A DNA stretch of 64,000 nucleotides from Flavobacterium sp. GTDB taxonomy: Bacteria > Bacteroidota > Bacteroidia > Flavobacteriales > Flavobacteriaceae. Positions 9,732 to 20,642 of the stretch are shown in pieces. A program made the position numbers and the translations under genes. Each line of letters opens with the position of its first letter. The first letter of the stretch is position 1. The DNA lies in NCBI RefSeq assembly GCF_046296355.1, contig NZ_JBKBLM010000004.1, positions 7,767 through 71,766 of the forward strand. The letters run 5' to 3'. Below the pieces are notes generated by a model, which did no database searches, had not been told where the DNA came from, and saw nothing but the letters and a program-made list of their open reading frames with translations.

Positions 9732-10556
9732 ATGAATTTAACTGATTATACATACTTACTCAACAAACCCGATGCCATCAACGATAGGTATGCGGAAACC
9801 TTAGACAATGTGCTGAGTGCTTTTCCGTATTTTCAAAGTGCGCGTGTGTTGAAGTTAAAACATTTGTACAATCAGGATAGCTTCAATTACAATTATGCTT
9901 TGAAAGTTTCTGCTGCTTACACTACTGACAGGAGTATTTTATTCGACTTTATCACTTCGGATTCTTTTGTTTCAGTACAAAAAGGGTTGTATGAAAAAAA
10001 ACTCGAAGAGTTGATGAATATGAATGTGGTGGGCATGGAAGAAGTGGTTGTAACCTACAAACCGGTTGCTATTGACCCATTGGAACAATCGATTTTAACT
10101 TCCATTAAAGAAGCAACAACTTCTGAAGAGCAAAAAGTGGAAGAAAAACTAGGCGTTGGCAAACCTTTAGAATTCTCCAAAGACGAAAAACACTCTTTTC
10201 AGGAATGGTTACAATTGTCACGCTTAAAACCCATTGTTCGCGAAGAAACCACAAAAAGTATTACTCCTGAGGAAGAAGAAAAGAAGAAAAAACAGGAATT
10301 AATCAATAAGTTCATAGAAAATAATCCAAAGATTACACCTATTGCCAAAGATGCTATTGTACCTGTAATAGAGCCAATTACAGATGACGCTTCTTATTTG
10401 ATGACCGAAACTTTGGCCCGAGTTTATTTGGAACAAAAAAAATATTCCAAAGCGATACAAGCTTATGAAATATTAATTTTGAAATATCCGGAAAAAAGTA
10501 GTTTCTTTGCAAACCGAATTTCGGATATTAAAATTTTACAAGAGAATAACAATTAA
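9732..10556 (+). CDS. Conserved hypothetical protein with a C-terminal TPR-like motif
   Basis: 'MTETLARVYLEQKKYSKAIQAYEILILKYPEKSSFFA'; start placed at ATG 9732, just after the lptE stop. Confidence 0.75.
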   Translation: MNLTDYTYLLNKPDAINDRYAETLDNVLSAFPYFQSARVLKLKHLYNQDSFNYNYALKVSAAYTTDRSILFDFITSDSFVSVQKGLYEKKLEELMNMNVVGMEEVVVTYKPVAIDPLEQSILTSIKEATTSEEQKVEEKLGVGKPLEFSKDEKHSFQEWLQLSRLKPIVREETTKSITPEEEEKKKKQELINKFIENNPKITPIAKDAIVPVIEPITDDASYLMTETLARVYLEQKKYSKAIQAYEILILKYPEKSSFFANRISDIKILQENNN

Positions 10557-10568
10557 TTACAATATATC

Positions 10569-10907
10569 ATGTTTACCATTTTTCTAGCATTAATAACTTT
10601 AGTTTGTTTCTTATTGATTATTGCCGTTATGGTTCAAAATCCTAAAGGTGGCGGTTTATCTTCTTCTTTGGGTGGATCTCAAATGTTGGGTGGCGTTCAA
10701 AAAACTACCGACTTTTTAGATAAAAGTACTTGGACATTAGCCGCTGCATTAATCATTTTGATTTTGTTATCAAGCTTAAGTTTCCCAAGTATGGTTGGAC
10801 AATCTGATTCAAAAGTGATTGACCAAACAGAAGTAGCTCCAAAAACAGCTGCGCCAACAACACCGGCAACTACTGCTCCGGCTACTCCGACAGAAGAGAA
10901 AAAATAA
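10569..10907 (+). CDS. secG: Preprotein translocase subunit SecG
   Basis: 'VMVQNPKGGGLSS...GG', 'TTDFLDKSTW', two TM segments. Confidence 0.93.
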   Translation: MFTIFLALITLVCFLLIIAVMVQNPKGGGLSSSLGGSQMLGGVQKTTDFLDKSTWTLAAALIILILLSSLSFPSMVGQSDSKVIDQTEVAPKTAAPTTPATTAPATPTEEKK

Positions 10908-10927
10908 TAAAGAGATATCTTTATCCC

Positions 10928-10959
10928 AATGCCAGCGCTGACATGCTGGCATTTTTTTT
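10928..10959 (+). terminator. Intrinsic terminator after secG
   Basis: AATGCCAGC-8nt-GCTGGCATT followed by a T run. Confidence 0.85.
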
Positions 10960-10985
10960 AGGAAAAAATGGCAGATGCATTGGCT

Positions 10986-11000
10986 TGGCATAATTTCTGA
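10986..11000 (+). promoter_or_regulatory. Candidate sigma54-type -24/-12 promoter for groES-groEL
   Basis: TGGCATAATTTCTGA has the TGGCA-N7-TG spacing of TGGCAC-N5-TTGC, with GA instead of GC. Confidence 0.4.
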
Positions 11001-11043
11001 AAAATTGAAAACAACATTATAATAACACAAAATATAAAATACT

Positions 11044-11319
11044 ATGGCATTAAACATTAAACCTCTTTCAGACAGAGTGATTGTGGAACCGGCTGCTGCT
11101 GAAACGCAAACGGCTTCCGGAATTATTATTCCCGATACGGCAAAAGAAAAACCGCAAAAAGGAAAAGTGGTAGCGGTTGGAAACGGTAAAAAAGATGAAC
11201 CCATAACGGTTAAAGTCGGCGATACTGTTTTATACGGAAAATATGCCGGAACCGATTTAAAATTCGATGGCAAAGATTATCTGATCATGCGTGAGGATGA
11301 TATACTTGCAATTATCTAA
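11044..11319 (+). CDS. groES: Co-chaperonin GroES
   Basis: '[10 protein letters not shown]', '[22 protein letters not shown]', 'EDDILAII'. Confidence 0.98.
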   Translation: MALNIKPLSDRVIVEPAAAETQTASGIIIPDTAKEKPQKGKVVAVGNGKKDEPITVKVGDTVLYGKYAGTDLKFDGKDYLIMREDDILAII

Positions 11320-11354
11320 TTAGTATTAAGATTTGAGAATTAAGTATTAAGACT
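11320..11354 (+). repeat. Degenerate 7-mer tandem tract in the groES-groEL spacer
   Basis: TAGTATT AAGATTT GAGAATT AAGTATT AAGACT, starting 1 nt after the groES stop. Confidence 0.7.
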
Positions 11355-11356
11355 AA

Positions 11357-13006
<1,650 letters not shown>

Positions 13007-13044
13007 AATCTCCTTTGGAAATAAATTCCACTATTTAAAATACG

Positions 13045-13086
13045 AATACCAAAAACGTCTCGAAAAATCGGGGCGTTTTTGGTATT
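13045..13086 (+). terminator. Terminator hairpin after groEL
   Basis: AATACCAAAAACGTCTCG-AAAAAT-CGGGGCGTTTTTGGTATT. Confidence 0.85.
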
Positions 13087-13140
13087 TATTTTGTAAACAA
13101 AATTTTATATTTTTGAACAACAAACCAGATTTGTCTTGCC

Positions 13141-15498
13141 ATGCCGAAAAACACTTTCTTCCTTTTTATCCTAATGATGTCCAACATCATTTTCAGTCAA
13201 GAAGCAATTGATGAGAATAGATCAAGAATTATTTCGGCTCTTGAAAATTATTTTTTCTTAGAAAGAGAAGCTATTCATCTTCATTTGGATAAAACAACCT
13301 TCCTTACCAATGAAAAAATTTGGTATCAAGGTTATATCATTAATCGCAAAACCAAGAAACCCTTTTTTACCACCAATGTTTTTGTCGTACTTTATGATGA
13401 AAAAGGGAAACAGGTTTCGGAAAAATTAATTTATGCCTATAACGGTATTTTTTCAGGTGTCATCGATTTAGATGCCAAGATGACTTCGGGCAATTATTAC
13501 ATCCAAGTGTACACTAATTGGATGAATAATTTTAGCGAAGATGAATCGGGTATTTTTAAAATCAACATCATTAATCCAAGTGAAGGAGTCAAAAATGACA
13601 AAAAAATAGACGATGACTCCTTGGAATTATATCTGACGCCCGAAGGAAAAAACTTGGTAGCCAATGTCAGCAATACCATTGGCATTAGAGTAAAAGATTG
13701 CCGTGGCAATTCGCCTGAAAATCTCGAAGCAACACTACAAAATGCCAAAGGGGAAACCCTCAAAAACATTCATATCAATGCTGCCGGTTTTGGAAAGTTT
13801 GAAGTCAATCCTGAAGACGATTTTGACAAAGTTGTCCTAAAACACAATGATAAAACAATTGTCAAAACACTACCATACAAACAGAGCGTCGGATTTGGTT
13901 TAGAGGTTAATAATTTTTCTTTTGAAACAAAGACCATTATTAAAATTAAAACCAATCTTGCTACAATAGAATCCTTTAAAGCCCAAAAAGCCTATCTGAT
14001 TGTCCACCAAGACAGCAAACATTTTATCTATGACCTTGTTATGGACAAAAACAGTTTAGAACAAACCATCTCTCTACAAAATACCGATTTATTTTCGGGA
14101 ATTAATACCATACGAATTGTAGATAGCAATCTCAAAGAATGGGCAAATCGTGTGATTTATAATGCCCCAAAAAAAGAAACGCCAATCAGTATCACAAAAA
14201 ATTACCGCAAGGAAGATAAAATTGGATTTGTAGGCTACAGTAGTGCGCCTAATACAAGCTTCAGTATAACAATTGTTCCGACAGAAACCAAATCATTAAA
14301 AGAAAACTATAGTATTTTAGCTGGTCTTGGCATAAATCCCTATATCACAGAATCTTTACCAAATGCCAATTATTACCTCTTTGAGCCTAAGAGAATTAAA
14401 AATTATGAATTGGATTTATTTCTATTGAATCAAGCGGTTCCCAAATACGATTGGGAGAACATCAAGACGACAAAACCCGCTACTAACTTTAGTTTTGATA
14501 TCGGACTTACTTTAAAAGGAAACATCAATAAAAACGTCAAAAACTACAGCGATTACAAAGTCAAAATAACTTCTTTTAAAGACCAAATTATAAAGTCGAC
14601 TGAAATCAATGAAAAAGGAGAATATGTTTTCGAAAATTTAATACTGACCGATTCTACCACACTAGCCATGACTTTGCTCAAACTACCTAACTTTGAAATT
14701 ATTGACACTAAAATAGGACACCAGGTTTTAAACCGAAAAAAACCATTTTATAAACCGTTTAAGCCAAACATGAGCCAAGTATGTCCCGAAATTAAAGCGG
14801 AAAACACCATCGTCGACCTTGACCTCCCGAAATTTTCCTCTCAAGCCATACAATTGGAAGAAATTAAAGTGGAAAAAAAATTAACCTATCAAAGATCCAT
14901 TGGAAATGGCCATCTTATGGGTTATAAAGTAGATGAAATAATGGAGAATATCGATTTGCTCAGTTTTATCGAACGAAATGGTTTTACAGTCATCAGAAGA
15001 TTTGGCGATGCCACGATTTACAGTCGGGTCATAAACACCTTAAACGCCGAAAGACCAACACCACAAATTATCATAGACGGAAGAGTACTTATGAATCAGT
15101 TTGAATTTACTACCATGCGAATGTCAGACTTTGACGAAATCTACATCAGTTCGAATGCCTTGGTTCCAGGAATGCTTAACCGTTCAGGAATTATAAAGGC
15201 TTATACAAAAAAGAATTTTAAACCAAACCATATCAAAGCAGACCCAAATAATGTACTAATCAAAGAAGCCTTTTCATTGTATCCGATTTTTAAAAATGCC
15301 GACTACAAAAACACAAATAATTTGGGATTTGACCATTTTGGGTTAATAGAATGGGCATCATTATTAAACAGCGGTGAAGAAGGACAATTTCTTTTTAAAA
15401 TAACAGATTACAACAAACCCACAGTAAAAGCCATTATCGAAGGAATGACTCAGGAAGGCAAACTAATACACGATGAAATAATTATTGAAATGAAATAA
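13141..15498 (+). CDS. Secreted hypothetical protein with a macroglobulin-like N-terminus and a TonB plug-like C-terminal region, no beta-barrel
   Basis: Signal peptide; 'HLHLDKTTFLTNEKIWYQGY', 'SGNYYIQVYTNWMNNF'; plug-like 'IIIDGR...DEIYIS...GIIKAYTKK'. Confidence 0.6.
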   Translation: MPKNTFFLFILMMSNIIFSQEAIDENRSRIISALENYFFLEREAIHLHLDKTTFLTNEKIWYQGYIINRKTKKPFFTTNVFVVLYDEKGKQVSEKLIYAYNGIFSGVIDLDAKMTSGNYYIQVYTNWMNNFSEDESGIFKINIINPSEGVKNDKKIDDDSLELYLTPEGKNLVANVSNTIGIRVKDCRGNSPENLEATLQNAKGETLKNIHINAAGFGKFEVNPEDDFDKVVLKHNDKTIVKTLPYKQSVGFGLEVNNFSFETKTIIKIKTNLATIESFKAQKAYLIVHQDSKHFIYDLVMDKNSLEQTISLQNTDLFSGINTIRIVDSNLKEWANRVIYNAPKKETPISITKNYRKEDKIGFVGYSSAPNTSFSITIVPTETKSLKENYSILAGLGINPYITESLPNANYYLFEPKRIKNYELDLFLLNQAVPKYDWENIKTTKPATNFSFDIGLTLKGNINKNVKNYSDYKVKITSFKDQIIKSTEINEKGEYVFENLILTDSTTLAMTLLKLPNFEIIDTKIGHQVLNRKKPFYKPFKPNMSQVCPEIKAENTIVDLDLPKFSSQAIQLEEIKVEKKLTYQRSIGNGHLMGYKVDEIMENIDLLSFIERNGFTVIRRFGDATIYSRVINTLNAERPTPQIIIDGRVLMNQFEFTTMRMSDFDEIYISSNALVPGMLNRSGIIKAYTKKNFKPNHIKADPNNVLIKEAFSLYPIFKNADYKNTNNLGFDHFGLIEWASLLNSGEEGQFLFKITDYNKPTVKAIIEGMTQEGKLIHDEIIIEMK

Positions 15499-15528
15499 AA
15501 AAAGCCTAAATTTCTTGAGGCTTTTTTT
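15497..15528. terminator. Bidirectional terminator between convergent genes
   Basis: AAAAAAAGCCT-10nt-AGGCTTTTTTT. Confidence 0.8.
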
Positions 15529-16216
15529 ATTCTTCAGTTTCCGTTTTCGGAGTCTTTTTAATCATTTTAAGAAAGACTGGAAAAGTGGAAATCAAGATGA
15601 TGGCAATTACAATCTTTTCAATGTGATGTTTTAAATCGATATCAAACTTCTCTAAAAACATCCCGTACAAATAATGTCCGGAAAAGATTAAGATAAATGA
15701 CCAAAGGAAAGAACTAACCACATTGTAGAACATAAATTTCTTTTTGTCCATGGTTACAATTCCGGCCACTATTGGAGCAAAAGTTCTCACAATCGGTAAA
15801 AAACGCGCAAAAATGATGGCCTTTCCACCATATCTTTCAAAAAAATCTTTAGACTGAATTAAATATTTTTTCTTGAACCAAAAACTATCTTCTTTTTTAT
15901 ACAAATAGTAACCACTCTTAGAGCCAAACCAATAGCCAACCATATTCCCGACAATTCCGGCTATGGCAACTAAAACAGACAATAATGTAACATTAATCAA
16001 ATCGCTTTCAATGAAAGTAAAATTCTCAACTAAATCACGGCTGTAAATTCCGGCTAAAAATAACAAACTGTCACCAGGCAAAAAGAAACCTGCAAACAAA
16101 CCGGTTTCGGCAAATACAATAAACAACACAATCCAAAGTCCAACTCTCACACCGCCAAGTGTCATGGTTATGTAGAATTCAGGATTAAGGAGTTGCATCC
16201 AATCAAAATCACTCAT
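15527..16216 (-). CDS. DedA/SNARE-associated membrane protein
   Basis: 'FAETGLFAGFFLPGDSLLFLAG', 'ARFLPIVRTFAPIVAG'. Confidence 0.93.
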   Translation of the reverse strand: MSDFDWMQLLNPEFYITMTLGGVRVGLWIVLFIVFAETGLFAGFFLPGDSLLFLAGIYSRDLVENFTFIESDLINVTLLSVLVAIAGIVGNMVGYWFGSKSGYYLYKKEDSFWFKKKYLIQSKDFFERYGGKAIIFARFLPIVRTFAPIVAGIVTMDKKKFMFYNVVSSFLWSFILIFSGHYLYGMFLEKFDIDLKHHIEKIVIAIILISTFPVFLKMIKKTPKTETEE

Positions 16217-16316
16217 GAATTATAAAATTAAATAGGTAAAAAATCGAGCGTGAAATTAGTGCTTTTTTTTGGGATTCCTCATGCTTTTAACTTAAAACTA
16301 AGCATCTTTTTAAACC

Positions 16317-16349
16317 AAAAAAAAACTCCTTAAAAGTTAAGGAGTTTTT
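16317..16349 (-). terminator. Intrinsic terminator after the HMA gene
   Basis: AAAAACTCCTTAA-AAG-TTAAGGAGTTTTT, with an A run giving the U tail on the minus strand. Confidence 0.85.
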
Positions 16350-16353
16350 AAAA

Positions 16354-16695
16354 TTATTTTCTTTCATACAGACAACAACCATGAAGTTTTTCATACTCTT
16401 CTTCCGTTGCTTTAACATCTTCAGTATCATGACCAACTTTGGCAATGGCTTTCTTAACATCAACCAAAGAACATTTTTCTTCATTAATAATCAAATGCAA
16501 CATATGGTCGTCAATATGCCAATCTGCACTCTTTACACCCGAGACGGAAAAAGCCGCTTTCTCTATTCGTTTTTTACACATTTCACAATTGCCATTGACT
16601 TCAATAGTATGTTTGGCATTTTTATTTTTTTTCTCTTGAGCTTGAGTTGTAAAAGCTACAAAAAGCAACATCATTCCTAAAACTATATTTTTCAT
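16354..16695 (-). CDS. Exported heavy-metal-associated (HMA) domain protein
   Basis: Signal peptide, 'VNGNCEMCKKRIE' CxxC, C-term 'LHGCCLYERK'. Confidence 0.88.
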   Translation of the reverse strand: MKNIVLGMMLLFVAFTTQAQEKKNKNAKHTIEVNGNCEMCKKRIEKAAFSVSGVKSADWHIDDHMLHLIINEEKCSLVDVKKAIAKVGHDTEDVKATEEEYEKLHGCCLYERK

Positions 16696-16713
16696 AATCT
16701 ATATTTTAAATTG

Positions 16714-18735
16714 TTATTTTATTTTAAATCTTAATCCGGCATAATACATGGCGCCGAAAACAGGCGCATACACAATTGATGTATCAAAAGTAGATCCAAA
16801 AGGATTATCTGCACCCAAAACCGCTTGGTCTTGTGTATAATTTCCAATGTTTTCGCCACCAACATATACCTCAAATGTGCTTGAAAAAGTGCGTGTAATT
16901 TGTGCATTCATTAAGCTAAAGGTAGGCGAAAATTCAGGAAAACTGTCCGCTACAGCATTACTTCTTGTATTGGGCAATTGTTGTTTGCCTAACCAATTCC
17001 ATGTATAATCAAATTTCCATTGCTGTCCTTTTTCTTTGATATGTGTTTCAAATTCTAAGTTTCCAAAGAAACGATGTTTCGCTTGCAAAGGTCTTTGATA
17101 ACTACCTGAAAGATAATCGGTAGAAATGTCATAGTATTTATAAGCCGTTCTCAAATTCAAGTGTTTGATAATTTCTAAGTTAAAATCCATTTGCAAACTG
17201 TTGGCATAAGATTTTCCATCTAAATTATAAAACAAAACTTCTTGAGGCGAATTCATCACATCAACCACCGCTTGATTTTGAAAATCAGTTCGGTAAAAGT
17301 CAATGGTTGAGTCGGCTTTCATTCCGAAAAGCATAAAATTTTGTGTAAAACTCAATCCGTAATTCCATGCAATTTCGGGATCTAAACCATATATTTTCCC
17401 ATTGGTATCCAAGACTGAAAAAGTTCTTGAACTGGCAAAAAGGTTTTGATTTTCGGCAAAAATATTGGCGGCACGCTTGCCTCTTCCGGCAGAGAATCTA
17501 ATCACTGATTTGTCTCCGGGATTATATTTAACGTGTAATCTTGGGGTGAAAAATGCCCCTAACCTATTGTGGTAATCCATTCTTCCTCCTAAAATGTAAC
17601 TGAACTTGTCGTTGTCATCATAAGTATATTCGAAGAAAGCACCAACCGAATTGTCTATTCTGCTAACGTCATTCGAGTTCACAAATTCAGCATATTTATC
17701 ATAAGAAAAGTTCAATCCTGTGGCGAATTTGTGCATCGTGTTACTAATAATCGAATTAAAAATCAGGTTCGAATAATAACTTTGCTGTTTGATATCATAT
17801 TGGTTCAAACCGAAATACGATTCTTGATTGTGGGTGGTAAACGCATTTTGAAAACCGATACTTTGGTATGGCATATCTTTAAAAACATAGCCAATTTTAG
17901 AAGTGAAATCCAAACGCTCGGTATTGATTTCAGAACCCCAATAATTGGTGGTCAATCTATCTCTGTCGGGATCAAATTCAAGTTGTCCGGTTTGCTTTTC
18001 GTCGTTCATATAACGAACATTCAAAAACGAAACCCAACCCGATTCCGGATCATAATACTGCCAACGATTCGCGATATTCAATTGTTTTCCCAAAGGATTG
18101 TCCATAAAACCATCATCATTCATATCGTTTTTGGAAACGCGAGTATTGCCGTGAACGAATAAACTCGTCGACCATTTATCAGAAACTTTTTTATTAAAAT
18201 GGGTATTGATTTCGAAACGACTTCCGGTATCGCCATAAGCATTTAAAAAGAATGGAATATCGCCCAAAGGTTTGATTAACTCGGTATTGATTTGACCCGA
18301 AATGCTTTCGTAGCCGTTAACAACACTTCCGGCGCCTTTGGTAATTTGAATACTTTCTACCCAAGTTCCAGGTGTAAAAGACAAGCCATAAGCTTGCGAA
18401 GCGCCACGAACTGAAGGAATATTTTCCTCGGTAATCATGATATACGGACTGGTTAATCCAAGCATTTTGATTTGCTTAGTTCCGGTCAAAGCATCCGAAA
18501 AATTCACATCTATTGACGGATTGGTTTCGAAGCTTTCGGCCAAGTTACAACAAGCAGCTTTTAGTAGTTCTTTGCTCGTGACCAAAGTAGTATTGGCCGC
18601 GCCTTTTATTGATTTTTTTATTCCTTTTCGGTTGCCTTCTACGGTCACGGTTTTCAAAGTGTCTTGTTTCAAAGATTCCTGTGAAAATCCCAAAGTAGAA
18701 AATAACAACGTTAGGAATAACGGTATATTTTTCAT
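16714..18735 (-). CDS. TonB-dependent outer membrane receptor (putative metal-related)
   Basis: Plug 'KAACCNLAESFETNPS', 'IQITKGAGSV...GQIN', barrel ending 'YAGLRFKIK'. Confidence 0.9.
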   Translation of the reverse strand: MKNIPLFLTLLFSTLGFSQESLKQDTLKTVTVEGNRKGIKKSIKGAANTTLVTSKELLKAACCNLAESFETNPSIDVNFSDALTGTKQIKMLGLTSPYIMITEENIPSVRGASQAYGLSFTPGTWVESIQITKGAGSVVNGYESISGQINTELIKPLGDIPFFLNAYGDTGSRFEINTHFNKKVSDKWSTSLFVHGNTRVSKNDMNDDGFMDNPLGKQLNIANRWQYYDPESGWVSFLNVRYMNDEKQTGQLEFDPDRDRLTTNYWGSEINTERLDFTSKIGYVFKDMPYQSIGFQNAFTTHNQESYFGLNQYDIKQQSYYSNLIFNSIISNTMHKFATGLNFSYDKYAEFVNSNDVSRIDNSVGAFFEYTYDDNDKFSYILGGRMDYHNRLGAFFTPRLHVKYNPGDKSVIRFSAGRGKRAANIFAENQNLFASSRTFSVLDTNGKIYGLDPEIAWNYGLSFTQNFMLFGMKADSTIDFYRTDFQNQAVVDVMNSPQEVLFYNLDGKSYANSLQMDFNLEIIKHLNLRTAYKYYDISTDYLSGSYQRPLQAKHRFFGNLEFETHIKEKGQQWKFDYTWNWLGKQQLPNTRSNAVADSFPEFSPTFSLMNAQITRTFSSTFEVYVGGENIGNYTQDQAVLGADNPFGSTFDTSIVYAPVFGAMYYAGLRFKIK

Positions 18736-18813
18736 TTTGTTGATTTAAAATTAATTCTATTTCAAATGATTCTCAGTAGAAATAATGAGAACCTGAACGG
18801 AATTCAAAATAAA

Positions 18814-19233
18814 TCAGGCGTAAAAAGTGTATTGGCAGTAGAGTTGGTAGAGCGGCGGCGCATTAGAATCGCAGTAAAATGCCACTTTTTCATCCACAAA
18901 TTGGGGAGCATCAGCTACCGAAAAAAAGTGATTTTTGTATTCAGAGAAATAAGCCGGTTCAAAATCAAGAGAAATGGTCTTGATGATGATTTTTTCGGTC
19001 TTGTTTTTTAAGTCAACTTTCTTATCAGAACAACAGTCTTTGTGAGTCGTTTCAACATTGGCACAGCAGGTTTTTTCAACCACAACCGGCATTTCGCAAA
19101 CTTCTTCCTTAGAAAAAACAGAAGAGATAGAAGCTATTTTCCCTTCGCAATAATGCACACTAAACGCCAAGCCTGAATTGGAAACCAATATCAGCAAAGC
19201 GGTTAAAATACTAATGTGCTTTTTAAAGTTCAT
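18814..19233 (-). CDS. HYC_CC_PP family protein
   Basis: 'SVHYCEG', 'TCC', 'DCC', 'APPLY' signature; upstream of the TBDR. Confidence 0.85.
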   Translation of the reverse strand: MNFKKHISILTALLILVSNSGLAFSVHYCEGKIASISSVFSKEEVCEMPVVVEKTCCANVETTHKDCCSDKKVDLKNKTEKIIIKTISLDFEPAYFSEYKNHFFSVADAPQFVDEKVAFYCDSNAPPLYQLYCQYTFYA

Positions 19234-19237
19234 GACG

Positions 19238-19245
19238 CAAAGTTA
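19238..19245 (-). promoter_or_regulatory. -7 element for the HYC_CC_PP-TBDR-HMA operon
   Basis: Minus strand TAACTTTG, only 4 nt before the ATG. Confidence 0.6.
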
Positions 19246-19285
19246 GTAATAATCAATTACCCAAAACTTAAAATGTTCTTAAAAC

Positions 19286-20641
19286 TTACAAATCAAACTC
19301 TTGTCCCATCAAAGGAACTGAGCAATCAATCCCATATTTTTCTTGAATTTTGATGCGCAATTCATCTGCCGGTTCGTTTTCGCCATGGACTAAAAACACT
19401 TTCTTTGGTTTAGGGTTTAGTTCCGAAAGCCAATTAAGCAAATCATTTTGGTCACCATGTGCTGATAATCCTTCGATTTCTAAAGTTTTGCCCAAAACCG
19501 GGTAATATTTGCCATAGATTTTAATGTCTGTTGCGCCTTCGAGTAGTTTTCTTCCGCGAGTTCCTTCCGCTTGATAGCCAACAATGATTACTGTAGTTTC
19601 GGGCAAACAGATGTAGCGTTCTAAATAACTCAATACTCTTCCACCGGTAATCATTCCACTGGCAGCGATAATTACTTTGGGTTGTTTGTCAAAAATAGTC
19701 GCAATGGTTTCCTGATATTCTGAGTTCATGGTAAACATTTTACACATATCAACGCATTCCTGTTCGGATAATTTGTGCCAATTTCGGTTTTCCATAAAGA
19801 CCTCTAAAACACTAATGCCCATTGGCGTATCAATCACATAAGGAATATTGGGAATCCTATCTTCTTTTTTAAGTTGCCAAAGTAGGAACATCAAAGTCTG
19901 CGCACGTTCAACCGCAAAACTCGGAATAATAACTGTTCCCCCATTTTCAACTGTATTGTTGATGTAGGTTTCCAATAACAATTTCACATCTTCTTCGGGA
20001 TGAATTCGATTGCCGTAAGTGCTTTCTAAAAAAACATAATCTGCTTTCTTTGGTTTTACCGGTGCATACATCAACACATCATCATCTCGACCGATATCAC
20101 CCGAGAATACTAAAGCTTTATTTTCTAAAGTCAATTCAATACTACAAGCACCTATAATATGTCCGGCATTAGTAAACTTGGCCGTGATTTCTGCATCCAA
20201 AGCCACTTCTTCATTAGGTTTAACAACTCGAAACAGCGGAAAGACTTTTTCGGCTTGGGCTAAATCGTATAAAGGTTCGGCTTTTTCGTGTTTGGAAAAA
20301 TGCTCTTTGTTGGCTCGCTCAGCTTCTTCTTCTTGTATTTTGGCACTGTCTAACAAAATTAATTTGGTGATGTCTTTTGTCGGACTCGTGCAATAAATTT
20401 TGCCTTCGAATCCTTGATTGACTAATCTTGGCAACCAACCGCAATGGTCTAAATGGCCGTGTGTCAACAACACAAAATCGATGGTATTGGATAAAATCGG
20501 TAAAGGTTCCCAATTGAGTTCACGTAAAGGTTTAATCCCTTGAAACAATCCACAATCTATCAAAATTCGGATGCCGTTACTTTCGATTAATGTTTTGGAA
20601 CCGGTTACTGTTCCTGCGCCGCCTAAGAATTTAATTTTCAT
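19286..20641 (-). CDS. Metallo-beta-lactamase/beta-CASP ribonuclease family protein
   Basis: 'HGHLDH', 'AGHIIG', 'FSGD', 'ESTYG', 'SAHGD', 'VHGE' motifs all intact. Confidence 0.92.
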   Translation of the reverse strand: MKIKFLGGAGTVTGSKTLIESNGIRILIDCGLFQGIKPLRELNWEPLPILSNTIDFVLLTHGHLDHCGWLPRLVNQGFEGKIYCTSPTKDITKLILLDSAKIQEEEAERANKEHFSKHEKAEPLYDLAQAEKVFPLFRVVKPNEEVALDAEITAKFTNAGHIIGACSIELTLENKALVFSGDIGRDDDVLMYAPVKPKKADYVFLESTYGNRIHPEEDVKLLLETYINNTVENGGTVIIPSFAVERAQTLMFLLWQLKKEDRIPNIPYVIDTPMGISVLEVFMENRNWHKLSEQECVDMCKMFTMNSEYQETIATIFDKQPKVIIAASGMITGGRVLSYLERYICLPETTVIIVGYQAEGTRGRKLLEGATDIKIYGKYYPVLGKTLEIEGLSAHGDQNDLLNWLSELNPKPKKVFLVHGENEPADELRIKIQEKYGIDCSVPLMGQEFDL

Positions 20642-20642
20642 T

